Below, piece by piece: positions 48,274-55,971 of a DNA stretch of 55,971 nt; within the stretch, counting starts at the first letter, position 1, and the number at the start of each line of letters is the position of its first letter. Under the pieces are notes generated by a model that did no database searches, was not told where the DNA came from, and saw only the letters and a list, made by a program, of their open reading frames with translations. The DNA is taken from positions 1 through 55,971 of IMG/VR virus record IMGVR_UViG_3300035676_000007. The stretch is one strand, 5' to 3'. The DNA comes from a virus (lineage: Duplodnaviria > Caudoviricetes). Position numbers and translations under genes: made by a program.

Positions 48274-48483
48274 GTGAAGACACTCACCGGAAGCAAAGTA
48301 GCCGTTGACCTGGTCCGGGACGACCGGCAGACCCCGGCCATCATCTCCGTGATGATCAAGATGATCAGTACGGTCTGGTTGGCATCTTTTGTCGCCGGTT
48401 CCACCGGTGACCTGTGGCTCGCAGCCGTGGTCCTGGTTGGCTATCCGGCCGCGTGGTCGGTCGCGTGGCTCATCTCGAAATAG
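48274..48483 (+). CDS. Small membrane protein
   Basis: GGAAGG RBS; two hydrophobic segments. Confidence 0.5.
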   Translation: MKTLTGSKVAVDLVRDDRQTPAIISVMIKMISTVWLASFVAGSTGDLWLAAVVLVGYPAAWSVAWLISK

Positions 48484-48584
48484 CCCCAACCGGTAGCGTC
48501 CCAACTGGGAAATCAGAAACTTAAGGTGTATGATTGGGTGGTTCGCCAACGCAGGGCGAACCACCCAATCCAATTTGGAGCGCC

Positions 48585-49613
48585 ATGACTCACCCCATGA
48601 TCCACCCCAACCGCCTCCTCCTCCCCTACGACGGACCCCGCACCATCTCCGAACAGATGCAACTCGCCTCACTCCTGTCGAAGGCCGAGGTTGGACTACC
48701 CCCCGCGTTCCGTGGCGACTCCGGCGGAGTCATCGCGTTGATGTACCGCGCCATGGCCCTCGACATCCCCCTCATGGTCGCGGCGGACAATCTCGTCTTC
48801 GACCACCGGGGAAACTGCGCCATGAGGGCCCGCCTCATGAAGGCCCTCGTCACCGTCCGTGCGGGACACAAACTCGTTCCCGTCGAGAACACCGACAGAC
48901 GGGCCGTCGTCCGCCTCGAATACGGCGACGGACGCGATGACTTCATCGCCGAGTGGACGATCGCCACGGCGGTAGCGGCCGGCCTCGTCAAAGACAAGTC
49001 CCCGTGGGTCAGCTACGCGGCCACCATGCTCTACTGGCGTGCCATGGCCAAAGCCGTAGCCCTCGGTTGTCCGGAGGCAACATTGGGAATCGCGATCGTC
49101 GAGGCCCTCGACGACGACGACCCCAACGACGACAACGACACCGAACAACGGCCGGCCCCGATTCCCGAGGAGATCATCGTCACCGACATGGAAGGCCGAC
49201 CGGTCCCAGACGACTCCGTCACCGACATCCTGAACGAGATCGCCCAGCCCGAACCCGGCACCGGCCGACCCCTCGCCCGTCCCGAGACCACCATCGAGAA
49301 CCTCCGGGCAGCTTGGGGACGCGCGAACAGGCAACCCGAGGACGGCACCACACGACCCCTCAAGCGCTTCGCGTGGCAGTCCGGCGATGACAAGTTCCTA
49401 CTGGAACATGTCATCGGTGACCTCGTCGAGCAGGTCACGGCCCGAGACAAGGCGAAGGCCACCGATGACGCGAAGGCGGCAACGGACGAGGCCGCCAACA
49501 AACCCGGGGCCGAGGACGTCATGGCCGAAGCCGGAACCGGCACCCTCCCCTGTGGATGCGACGCGACAACTGTCGCCACCACCGGTGCACACACCGACGA
49601 ATGCCACCGATGA
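48585..49613 (+). CDS. RecT-like ssDNA annealing protein
   Basis: WTIATA..AGL..K.PW..Y...ML.WRA......CPEAT.GI; paired with an exonuclease. Confidence 0.7.
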   Translation: MTHPMIHPNRLLLPYDGPRTISEQMQLASLLSKAEVGLPPAFRGDSGGVIALMYRAMALDIPLMVAADNLVFDHRGNCAMRARLMKALVTVRAGHKLVPVENTDRRAVVRLEYGDGRDDFIAEWTIATAVAAGLVKDKSPWVSYAATMLYWRAMAKAVALGCPEATLGIAIVEALDDDDPNDDNDTEQRPAPIPEEIIVTDMEGRPVPDDSVTDILNEIAQPEPGTGRPLARPETTIENLRAAWGRANRQPEDGTTRPLKRFAWQSGDDKFLLEHVIGDLVEQVTARDKAKATDDAKAATDEAANKPGAEDVMAEAGTGTLPCGCDATTVATTGAHTDECHR

Positions 49614-50686
49614 CCGACCACATCCAGCTCAACCTCGACGGGGTCATCGACCCCGTCGAGGTAGCCGAAATCATCAAGACCGCCGTTAGGCGCGCATTCG
49701 TCGACGAGTCCGCGACCCGGCAACGCGACCCACACCACATCGGTATCTCCGCCCTCTCCGGCTGTACCCGGTTCGCCGCGTACGCGATCGCCGGGACACC
49801 GATCAGTGACCAGCCGGACGCGGGGGAGGGACGGCCAGCGAACCTCGGCACCTGGGAACACAACGGCCTGCTGCCCCGGGTCGCGGACCAGTTCGACCAC
49901 GGGAAGACCGAGGTCGAGGTAGTCCTCCACGTGGCCGGCCTCACCATCCCCGGACACATCGACCTCGACGTTCCCCTCATGATTCTGGATCTCAAGACCG
50001 TGGGCGAGTGGCGGTTGCAAGCCGTGCGCCAGAGCGGGGCATTCTACGATCACGTGATGCAGGTAGCGGCCTACGCCATGGCAAAGTTGCAGGCCGGGCA
50101 GTCCCCCCGGTGGCTCGTACTCCTCTACCTCGACCGAGCCACCGGAGACGAACAAGCGTTCGTGCTCCCGTTCACCAACGCCCACGTGATGATGGTCATC
50201 GACCGGGTAGCCGAGATTCGCCGCTGGGCGGACGACGACCCGGACACCGCACCACGCCGCGACGCGTCCGGGGCCGCGATGAGCGGACCCGGATACTCGT
50301 ACAAGTGCAACGAGTGCCCATGGCTTCGCCGCTGCTGGGGACCAGACGCCAAACCGGGCGAGCGGATCCGTCACCACCACGACGACGCGGAGGTCGAGGC
50401 GCTCCTCCTCGAATACATCGAGGCCAACGCGGTAGAAGGCCCGGCGACGCGCCGAAAGCGAGAGATCGCCGCACTGCTCGAAACCGCAAAATACGGCACA
50501 TACGGCACGGCCCGGTACCACCGGTCACCGGACACGATCGTCGACGACCCATACGCGGCGTTGAAGATCCTCAAAATCCTCGGATACGACGTGCCACAGC
50601 GTCCGAAACGTGGCACGCTGTCGATCCGACTTACCACCACCCCGGCCAAGAAACACAAACCACGAAAGAAAGCAGACCCACAATGA
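49610..50686 (+). CDS. Cas4-like PD-(D/E)XK exonuclease
   Basis: SGCTR, GHID..LDLKT, QVAAY, CNECPW...C (four-Cys cluster). Confidence 0.8.
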   Translation: MTDHIQLNLDGVIDPVEVAEIIKTAVRRAFVDESATRQRDPHHIGISALSGCTRFAAYAIAGTPISDQPDAGEGRPANLGTWEHNGLLPRVADQFDHGKTEVEVVLHVAGLTIPGHIDLDVPLMILDLKTVGEWRLQAVRQSGAFYDHVMQVAAYAMAKLQAGQSPRWLVLLYLDRATGDEQAFVLPFTNAHVMMVIDRVAEIRRWADDDPDTAPRRDASGAAMSGPGYSYKCNECPWLRRCWGPDAKPGERIRHHHDDAEVEALLLEYIEANAVEGPATRRKREIAALLETAKYGTYGTARYHRSPDTIVDDPYAALKILKILGYDVPQRPKRGTLSIRLTTTPAKKHKPRKKADPQ

Positions 50687-51057
50687 TGAACATTCCAGCT
50701 GGTCAGACCATCACGCGCGCGTGGTTTCATGAGACGAGAACAGAGGGGCCGGTAGTACCATCCGACCAGACCCCGACGATCGGCGATCTCGTCCCCGGTG
50801 CCGTGATCTACCGGTTTGCAACCATCCGAGGTGTTCGGATCACCTCGGAACTGCCCTGCCACCGAGACCAGATGGCCAGCATCGCATACGACCCGAAGAG
50901 CGCGGTGCGGGTCGACCAGCCCGTGGTGTGCCGGAGGTGCTTCAGGGTCTACGCAGCTACACCAGTATCAGGAACCGACGATTTCGCGTGGTACCGGATC
51001 GTTTACCGATACATCGGAGACATCACGATGTCCCGCCCAAGACGGAGGGGCGAGTAA
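50683..51057 (+). CDS. Hypothetical protein
   Basis: ATGA overlap; PCH..CRRC. Confidence 0.6.
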   Translation: MMNIPAGQTITRAWFHETRTEGPVVPSDQTPTIGDLVPGAVIYRFATIRGVRITSELPCHRDQMASIAYDPKSAVRVDQPVVCRRCFRVYAATPVSGTDDFAWYRIVYRYIGDITMSRPRRRGE

Positions 51058-51072
51058 CGTACCCCAACCACC

Positions 51073-51105
51073 ACACGGCCCCCGGAGTGCCTCCGGGGGC
51101 CGTGT
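51073..51105 (+). terminator. Hairpin terminator
   Basis: ACACGGCCCCCGGAG..CTCCGGGGGCCGTGT. Confidence 0.75.
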
Positions 51106-51341
51106 CATATACGCGTTGATCGTCGTGATCGGAGTCGCATACCGTATCGATGTTGACCTGTCACCGGATCGGTCTGGCGCTCGCCGTGTCGGCTATCACG
51201 CACTACATCGCTGGACGTGATCTCGATCCGCCATCCGACGAAGGGGAACGTGACGGTTCCTATCCCAGTTCGGGCGATCACGACCGTGACCCACACGATC
51301 ACCCGTTCCCCGATCGAGAACGGACAGCGACCCCCGACCAC

Positions 51342-51387
51342 CATAACGAACGGCCTCCGGTTGATGATCCGGAGGCCGTTCGTTATG
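51342..51387. terminator. Perfect 19-bp inverted repeat
   Basis: CATAACGAACGGCCTCCGG..CCGGAGGCCGTTCGTTATG. Confidence 0.7.
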
Positions 51388-51543
51388 TCCGAATCGCCCC
51401 CACCACTTCGGTGCTTTTACGGGTGGCAAGATCGACGGTCGTGTCAGTAATCGGACGGCGGGCACCGATGCCCGTGGGCTACCGTACGAAGGTCATCATC
51501 GATCCCTATAACGACGTTTCACCACACTTACGAGGAAAACGAC

Positions 51544-52563
51544 ATGGAAGCCACGGAAAACAAAAAAATCGGACAGACAGGTATCGACCATGCTGGCCGG
51601 CTGGACCGCGCGCTCACCATCGGTGGATACCTCACCTCGCCGGATGGCCGATACAAGGAATCAACCGCCAGTCTGTACGCCGCAGCGTGGACAGCGTTCT
51701 CGTCCTGGTGCCGAAGCGCCGGACGAACGCCCATGCCCGCCACCCCCGATACGATAGCCACGTACGCCGTTGATCTGCTCGAATCCGGATACGTCCCCGA
51801 TACGATCAAGTGCAGGATCACGGCAATCCGGGCACGACACCGACTCATGGGCCATCCCGTACCGGACAACGTCCCGGCGTGGAACGTGCTCTGTGGGGCG
51901 AATCCTAGCCGTGTCCGGCCCGTAGTCAACGGCATCACCCGAACAGATCTTCTAGCGGCAATCCGAACATGCCCGAACACCACCCTAGGTATCCGAAACC
52001 GGGCGCTCGCCCTCCTCGCCTGGGACGTCCTACTCCCGATCCCGGACATCGTCGCCCTCGACGTCGACGACGTCGACGACCCGTTGGACGAGAATCCAAC
52101 GACCATCACGGTCCGGGGTGGCCTCGTCCGCGACGTCGCCCACGAGCACACCATGGCTATCGACACCGAGTGTTCCCACTGCCACGCCGGCCGCGATCGG
52201 GCCGCAGGCGACAGGTCAGCGTGTCCAGCGTGCGCGGTCCGGGCCTGGGTCCGTGAACTCCACCTCGTCGGTATCCGTCACGGTGCCCTGTTCCGCCCGG
52301 TGGACCGACTTGGTGTGATCGCCGGGTCCGGGGTTCGCCGGTCCGGGAGTACCGCACCGGACGCGCGTCTGACCGTCCGGTCCGTACACCGTGTCTGGGC
52401 ACGCCTCGTAGCGAAATCGGGGATCACACCCTGCACTCCCCGCGCGCTTCGGCTCGGAGGAGCCCGGAATCGGGTCGACCGGGGAGAATCCATCGGGGCC
52501 GTCATCGACCGGGCCGCCTGGTCGCCGAACACGGCCGCTGTCGTGAGTCGCCTCGCGATGTAG
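51544..52563 (+). CDS. Cre-like tyrosine recombinase homologue, apparently catalytically degenerate
   Basis: Y...W..F..WC core-binding domain, GIRNRALALL, CPACAVRAW, LFRPVDR; catalytic R, H and Y appear replaced. Confidence 0.75.
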   Translation: MEATENKKIGQTGIDHAGRLDRALTIGGYLTSPDGRYKESTASLYAAAWTAFSSWCRSAGRTPMPATPDTIATYAVDLLESGYVPDTIKCRITAIRARHRLMGHPVPDNVPAWNVLCGANPSRVRPVVNGITRTDLLAAIRTCPNTTLGIRNRALALLAWDVLLPIPDIVALDVDDVDDPLDENPTTITVRGGLVRDVAHEHTMAIDTECSHCHAGRDRAAGDRSACPACAVRAWVRELHLVGIRHGALFRPVDRLGVIAGSGVRRSGSTAPDARLTVRSVHRVWARLVAKSGITPCTPRALRLGGARNRVDRGESIGAVIDRAAWSPNTAAVVSRLAM

Positions 52564-52754
52564 CTCGATCCTCCCCATCAACACAGCCGGCCCCACCGTT
52601 CGGGGCCGGCTGTCCCCGTGGAGGATGATGGTACCGAGCCCTCCTTGGTCCGGTCGGTCGTCAGTGTCGACCAGTGACGGGACGACTGACCACAACACCC
52701 CTAGCGCAATACCCGCGCTTGCCCTAACGCTTGTGGTGTGACACCATCAACGCT

Positions 52755-53126
52755 ATGGAAACCACGACCATTGCCACCCCTGTCATCCCCAAGCCCAAGG
52801 TCATCACCCCTGTCGTCGTCGAGATCATCCAGGGGACCGAGTACCCCGACGAACTCTGGGAGCGAGTTATCGCGACGATCGACGCGGCCGAGGCCGAGGT
52901 CGTCAAGGCGCGGATCGTCAAGCGCAAGGCCGACGCGGAATACGAGGCCGCCATGATACAGCGCGAAGCGGTACAGGAGCCGCGCGATCAGATGATCCTC
53001 ACCGATAGGCGTGTCTCGGCGCGGGTCGGCCGACTCGCCGGAATCGGCCGTGCCCGGTGCTCCCAGATACGTATCCGCCTCATGAGGGCCGCGACCACGC
53101 CGACCGATGCGGAAAACGCGGCGTGA
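52755..53126 (+). CDS. Coiled-coil plus HTH-like protein, probably leaderless
   Basis: TTGCCC-17 nt-CACCAT-7 nt-ATG; VGRLAGIGRARCSQIR. Confidence 0.6.
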   Translation: METTTIATPVIPKPKVITPVVVEIIQGTEYPDELWERVIATIDAAEAEVVKARIVKRKADAEYEAAMIQREAVQEPRDQMILTDRRVSARVGRLAGIGRARCSQIRIRLMRAATTPTDAENAA

Positions 53127-53554
53127 ATCGGCTCATCATCACCCGTGGCCTGCCCGGGTGCGGAAAGACCACCCGTGCCCGGAGGTGGGTCGCCAAGGAT
53201 CCGCTGCACCGGGTACGGATCAACCGGGACGACTTCCGCATGATGTTCCATGGGGTGCGGTACACCGGCGTCAGGGAGTGCGAAGACCTTGTGACGGACG
53301 CCCAGCGCGCGACGATCCGGGCGGTCCTCACCAGCGGGGTCGACGTCGTCTCGGACGACACCTGGCTGGACGACCGTAGCGTGTCGGAGATCATGATATT
53401 GGCGGACAACGTCGGGGCCGGCTTCGAGGTATGGGACATGCGGGACGTCTCCCCGGAGATGTGTATCGAGCGGGACAAGGGGCGGGGGTCGCTGGTTGGG
53501 GCAGACGTGATCAACAACCTGTACGAGCGGTACCTGAAGCCACGATCGATCTGA
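53123..53554 (+). CDS. Polynucleotide kinase-like AAA_33 P-loop protein (kinase domain only)
   Basis: GLPGCGKTT, RINRDDFR, VVSDDT, CIERD..R. Confidence 0.85.
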   Translation: MNRLIITRGLPGCGKTTRARRWVAKDPLHRVRINRDDFRMMFHGVRYTGVRECEDLVTDAQRATIRAVLTSGVDVVSDDTWLDDRSVSEIMILADNVGAGFEVWDMRDVSPEMCIERDKGRGSLVGADVINNLYERYLKPRSI

Positions 53555-53686
53555 CGTCTAGGGGACATTCCGTGTGGGGTGTCCCCTTTCGTCTACCCCA
53601 AGGCGTTAGGGGGTAGAGACCTGTTGCGCGCGGGGTTGCGCAACCCTTACACTAGAGGGGTCAACACGCGAACCATGGAGGAAGCC

Positions 53687-54214
53687 ATGACCAACACCAC
53701 TTCCGACGAGTACCGCGCCAAGGCCAAGAAGCACGAGGACGACGCGGCCGAGTCCTTCAACCGGTGCGACACCGACGGATTTGCCTCTCAATGGGCATCT
53801 GGAGTCTGCGCAGCAGAGGCACGCCTCAACGCCTGGCTCGCCGACCGGGGCGGCAAGGACGACTTCGCCGCGCTGTTCGACCTCGCCGGGAACCTCATCG
53901 CCGCGAAACTGATCACCACCAAGTACGGCCTGTCCTGGGGCATCCTCGCCACCGACGACCCGTCGTCCCGCGTCGTTCGCTGGATCGGGGCCGACCCCAA
54001 GCGCGAATCGACCATGCGGAACAAGGGCTTCTACGAGGGCACCGTCCGCTGCCCCGCCTACGTTGCATTCAGCGGATCGGGAACCGGCCTGTCTGGTGCC
54101 CTCACCGTCCGTCCCTACACGTTCCGCCTTGATCGGGGCTTCTCCCGTGACGTCGAGATCATCGACAACGGCAAGGGTGCGAAGCCGGAGCGTCCCGGCC
54201 GATTCCGTGCCTGA
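53687..54214 (+). CDS. Hypothetical phage protein
   Basis: GGAGG RBS; SFNRCDTDGFASQWASG. Confidence 0.75.
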   Translation: MTNTTSDEYRAKAKKHEDDAAESFNRCDTDGFASQWASGVCAAEARLNAWLADRGGKDDFAALFDLAGNLIAAKLITTKYGLSWGILATDDPSSRVVRWIGADPKRESTMRNKGFYEGTVRCPAYVAFSGSGTGLSGALTVRPYTFRLDRGFSRDVEIIDNGKGAKPERPGRFRA

Positions 54215-54634
54215 CCTCCCATGAATCATCGGCCCCCGGCACACCACCGGGGGCCGCGTCATGTCCAGTCCGAAAGGATGACCGTTACGGCTCGACAACC
54301 CCTAACGGTTCGGGTAGCGTAATGGGTATGACGCAGAATATGACTGACGGTCAAAACTCGGTCGACCAGCGGATTGTTCACGTATGCACCGATCGCACCT
54401 CACGATGGTTTCGAATCTTCGCTAGCTATGACCTCGCGCAGAAGTGTGCAGACATGATGAATGCATCATTCAAGACGAACCGGTACACAGCGAGTTCACT
54501 CAACGTGGAAACCGAAGTCTGATCCCATCGACAACGGCAAGGGTGCGAAGCCGGAGCGTCCCGGCCGATTCCGTGCCTGACCTCCCATGAATCATCGGCC
54601 CCCGGCACACCACCGGGGGCCGCGTCACGTCCAG
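54160..54634 (+). repeat. 109-bp direct repeat (54160-54268 and 54526-54634), one mismatch
   Basis: Contains the 3' end of gene 53687-54214 plus a hairpin. Confidence 0.95.
54328..54522 (+). CDS. Lower-GC cassette gene (MTQN...)
   Basis: TCGACA-17 nt-TAGCGT-7 nt-ATG. Confidence 0.6.
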   Translation: MTQNMTDGQNSVDQRIVHVCTDRTSRWFRIFASYDLAQKCADMMNASFKTNRYTASSLNVETEV

Positions 54635-55350
54635 CCCAAACGGGTGAGCGCTACAACTAGACAACCACTAACGCCACGGGTAGCGTATGGGGCATGACGC
54701 AGAACCCGAACGACATCGTCCGAACCGTCGCCAACCTCACCGCATTGATCCGCCGGACCACCGGAGCCGTCCGCGACACCCACGCCCGCGCGCTCCTCGA
54801 CCACGCCCCGATCGACCTCGTCTCCATGCTCGTCGCGGCCTCCGACCGGTACCAGGACGCAGAGGTGGCCCTCGACGCTGCCGACATCACCCTGTCGAAC
54901 GCGATCGAAGCCGTCCGGAACGTGATCCGTACCGACACCGGCCGGAACACCCGCTATGCCATCGACGCGATCGCCACCACGGCCCGTACCTACATCGCGG
55001 CCCTCAACCGGGGCAACGACGACGATCGCGCCAAGGCACAGGTCCTGTTCCGCGACGCGACCAACGACGTCACGGGCATGATGGCGACCGAGGAGGGACG
55101 CGCCGAGGTCACCACCCTCGCCTTCGTCGCTATGTCCCAGGCCATGGCCGAGGCAACCGAGGCAGCTACCAAGGCGGGATACCGCGACCTCCAAGTCGCG
55201 ATTCATAACTGGTTCACCAACTGACAACCCCGAACCCGCACGGCCCCCGGCACACCACCGGGGGCCGCGTCACGTCCAGCCCAAACGGGTGAGCGCTACA
55301 ACTAGACAACCACTAACGCCACGGATAGCGTATGGGGCATGACGCAGAAC
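54596..55350 (+). repeat. 110-bp direct repeat (54596-54705 and 55241-55350): hairpin, promoter and first four codons
   Basis: One mismatch; TAGACA-17 nt-TAGCGT-7 nt-ATGACGCAGAAC. Confidence 0.95.
54694..55224 (+). CDS. Helical hypothetical cassette gene (MTQN...)
   Basis: Leaderless start; high GC3. Confidence 0.75.
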   Translation: MTQNPNDIVRTVANLTALIRRTTGAVRDTHARALLDHAPIDLVSMLVAASDRYQDAEVALDAADITLSNAIEAVRNVIRTDTGRNTRYAIDAIATTARTYIAALNRGNDDDRAKAQVLFRDATNDVTGMMATEEGRAEVTTLAFVAMSQAMAEATEAATKAGYRDLQVAIHNWFTN

Positions 55351-55827
55351 GCCAACAAGACCAAGGAAATCACCGAACTCGTCAGCGCGATCGCCAAGCA
55401 CGGCAGCTACGGTTCACGCGACATCAGCCGCCTCCACACCATCGCCCCCACGGCCCGACTGGAGATCATCGAACTCGTCGACGAGGCCGACAACAACAAC
55501 ACCCTCCGCGCCCAGGTCGAGCGTCTCGAATACCTCCTCCAACACGACCTTCGTCACCGGGTCACCGTCCAACTCGGCATCGTCACGCACGCCGTTGTCG
55601 ATGATCTCATCGCCACGGCGCTCTCCTACGGCAACTCCCGTCTCTACGAGCGCAACACCGCGAAACTTGCCGAGCACCTCGACGCCATGCGTCACGACCT
55701 GGAAAAGACGGAATGCATCGACCTCTACGACGTAGCCGTTCGCTACGGCCTCACCAGGGCACGTCGACAACGGTCAGCCGCCATGATCCAGGGAACCATC
55801 GACGCGATCCGAGCCCTCGCCGAGTAA
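55339..55827 (+). CDS. Helical hypothetical cassette gene (MTQN...)
   Basis: Leaderless start; followed by the same hairpin at 55846-55875. Confidence 0.75.
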   Translation: MTQNANKTKEITELVSAIAKHGSYGSRDISRLHTIAPTARLEIIELVDEADNNNTLRAQVERLEYLLQHDLRHRVTVQLGIVTHAVVDDLIATALSYGNSRLYERNTAKLAEHLDAMRHDLEKTECIDLYDVAVRYGLTRARRQRSAAMIQGTIDAIRALAE

Positions 55828-55971
55828 CCCCCGACTTCGACCCGCCACGGCCCCCGGCATACCACCGGGGGCCGTCGTCGTGGTCGGGGAGTCGGCTGCC
55901 AAACCAGACCAAAAGGACTACGCAATAACTTGTATCCCCCTAGCGCTATGGGGTACGGTGGCCTTACGCAA

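Noticed and set aside
49610-50686. CRISPR adaptation Cas4
   Set aside because: No cas1/cas2 or array; pairing with a RecT-like gene fits phage recombination
51544-55971. Integron (tyrosine recombinase plus cassettes)
   Set aside because: Recombinase lacks catalytic residues, cassettes carry their own promoters, and no attC-type RYYYAAC/GTTRRRY ends were seen
1-55971. tRNA, rRNA, IS elements, terminase, portal, ParA
   Set aside because: None recognised by eye; tRNAscan and HMM searches were not run

Overview
GC-rich actinobacterial siphovirus-like genome segment (host probably a filamentous actinomycete; inference). No terminase, portal or host genes are visible. Left half (+ strand): head protease, a methyltransferase/glycosyltransferase cluster, an inverted replication-initiator insert, major capsid, tail genes, tape measure, a secreted GH43-like glycosidase, lysin and holin. 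The 27.8-41.6 kb block (mostly - strand) holds accessory genes and a Streptomyces-plasmid-type transfer module: an FtsK-like TraB, a Gly-rich TraA-like gene, an Spd-like membrane protein and about 50 oriented CCCGTACG repeats resembling a clt site. A sensor-less GGDEF diguanylate cyclase with an intact active site and no I-site heads this module. Right arm (+ strand): a candidate origin (DnaA box, iterons, AT-rich tract) homologous to the interior of the distant rep gene, RecT- and Cas4-like genes, a tyrosine recombinase lacking catalytic residues, and an array of promoter/terminator-bounded cassettes. Best candidate for a new system: a conjugative phage-plasmid making its own c-di-GMP, possibly to manipulate host development. 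All calls are by eye from motifs and synteny; no searches were run.
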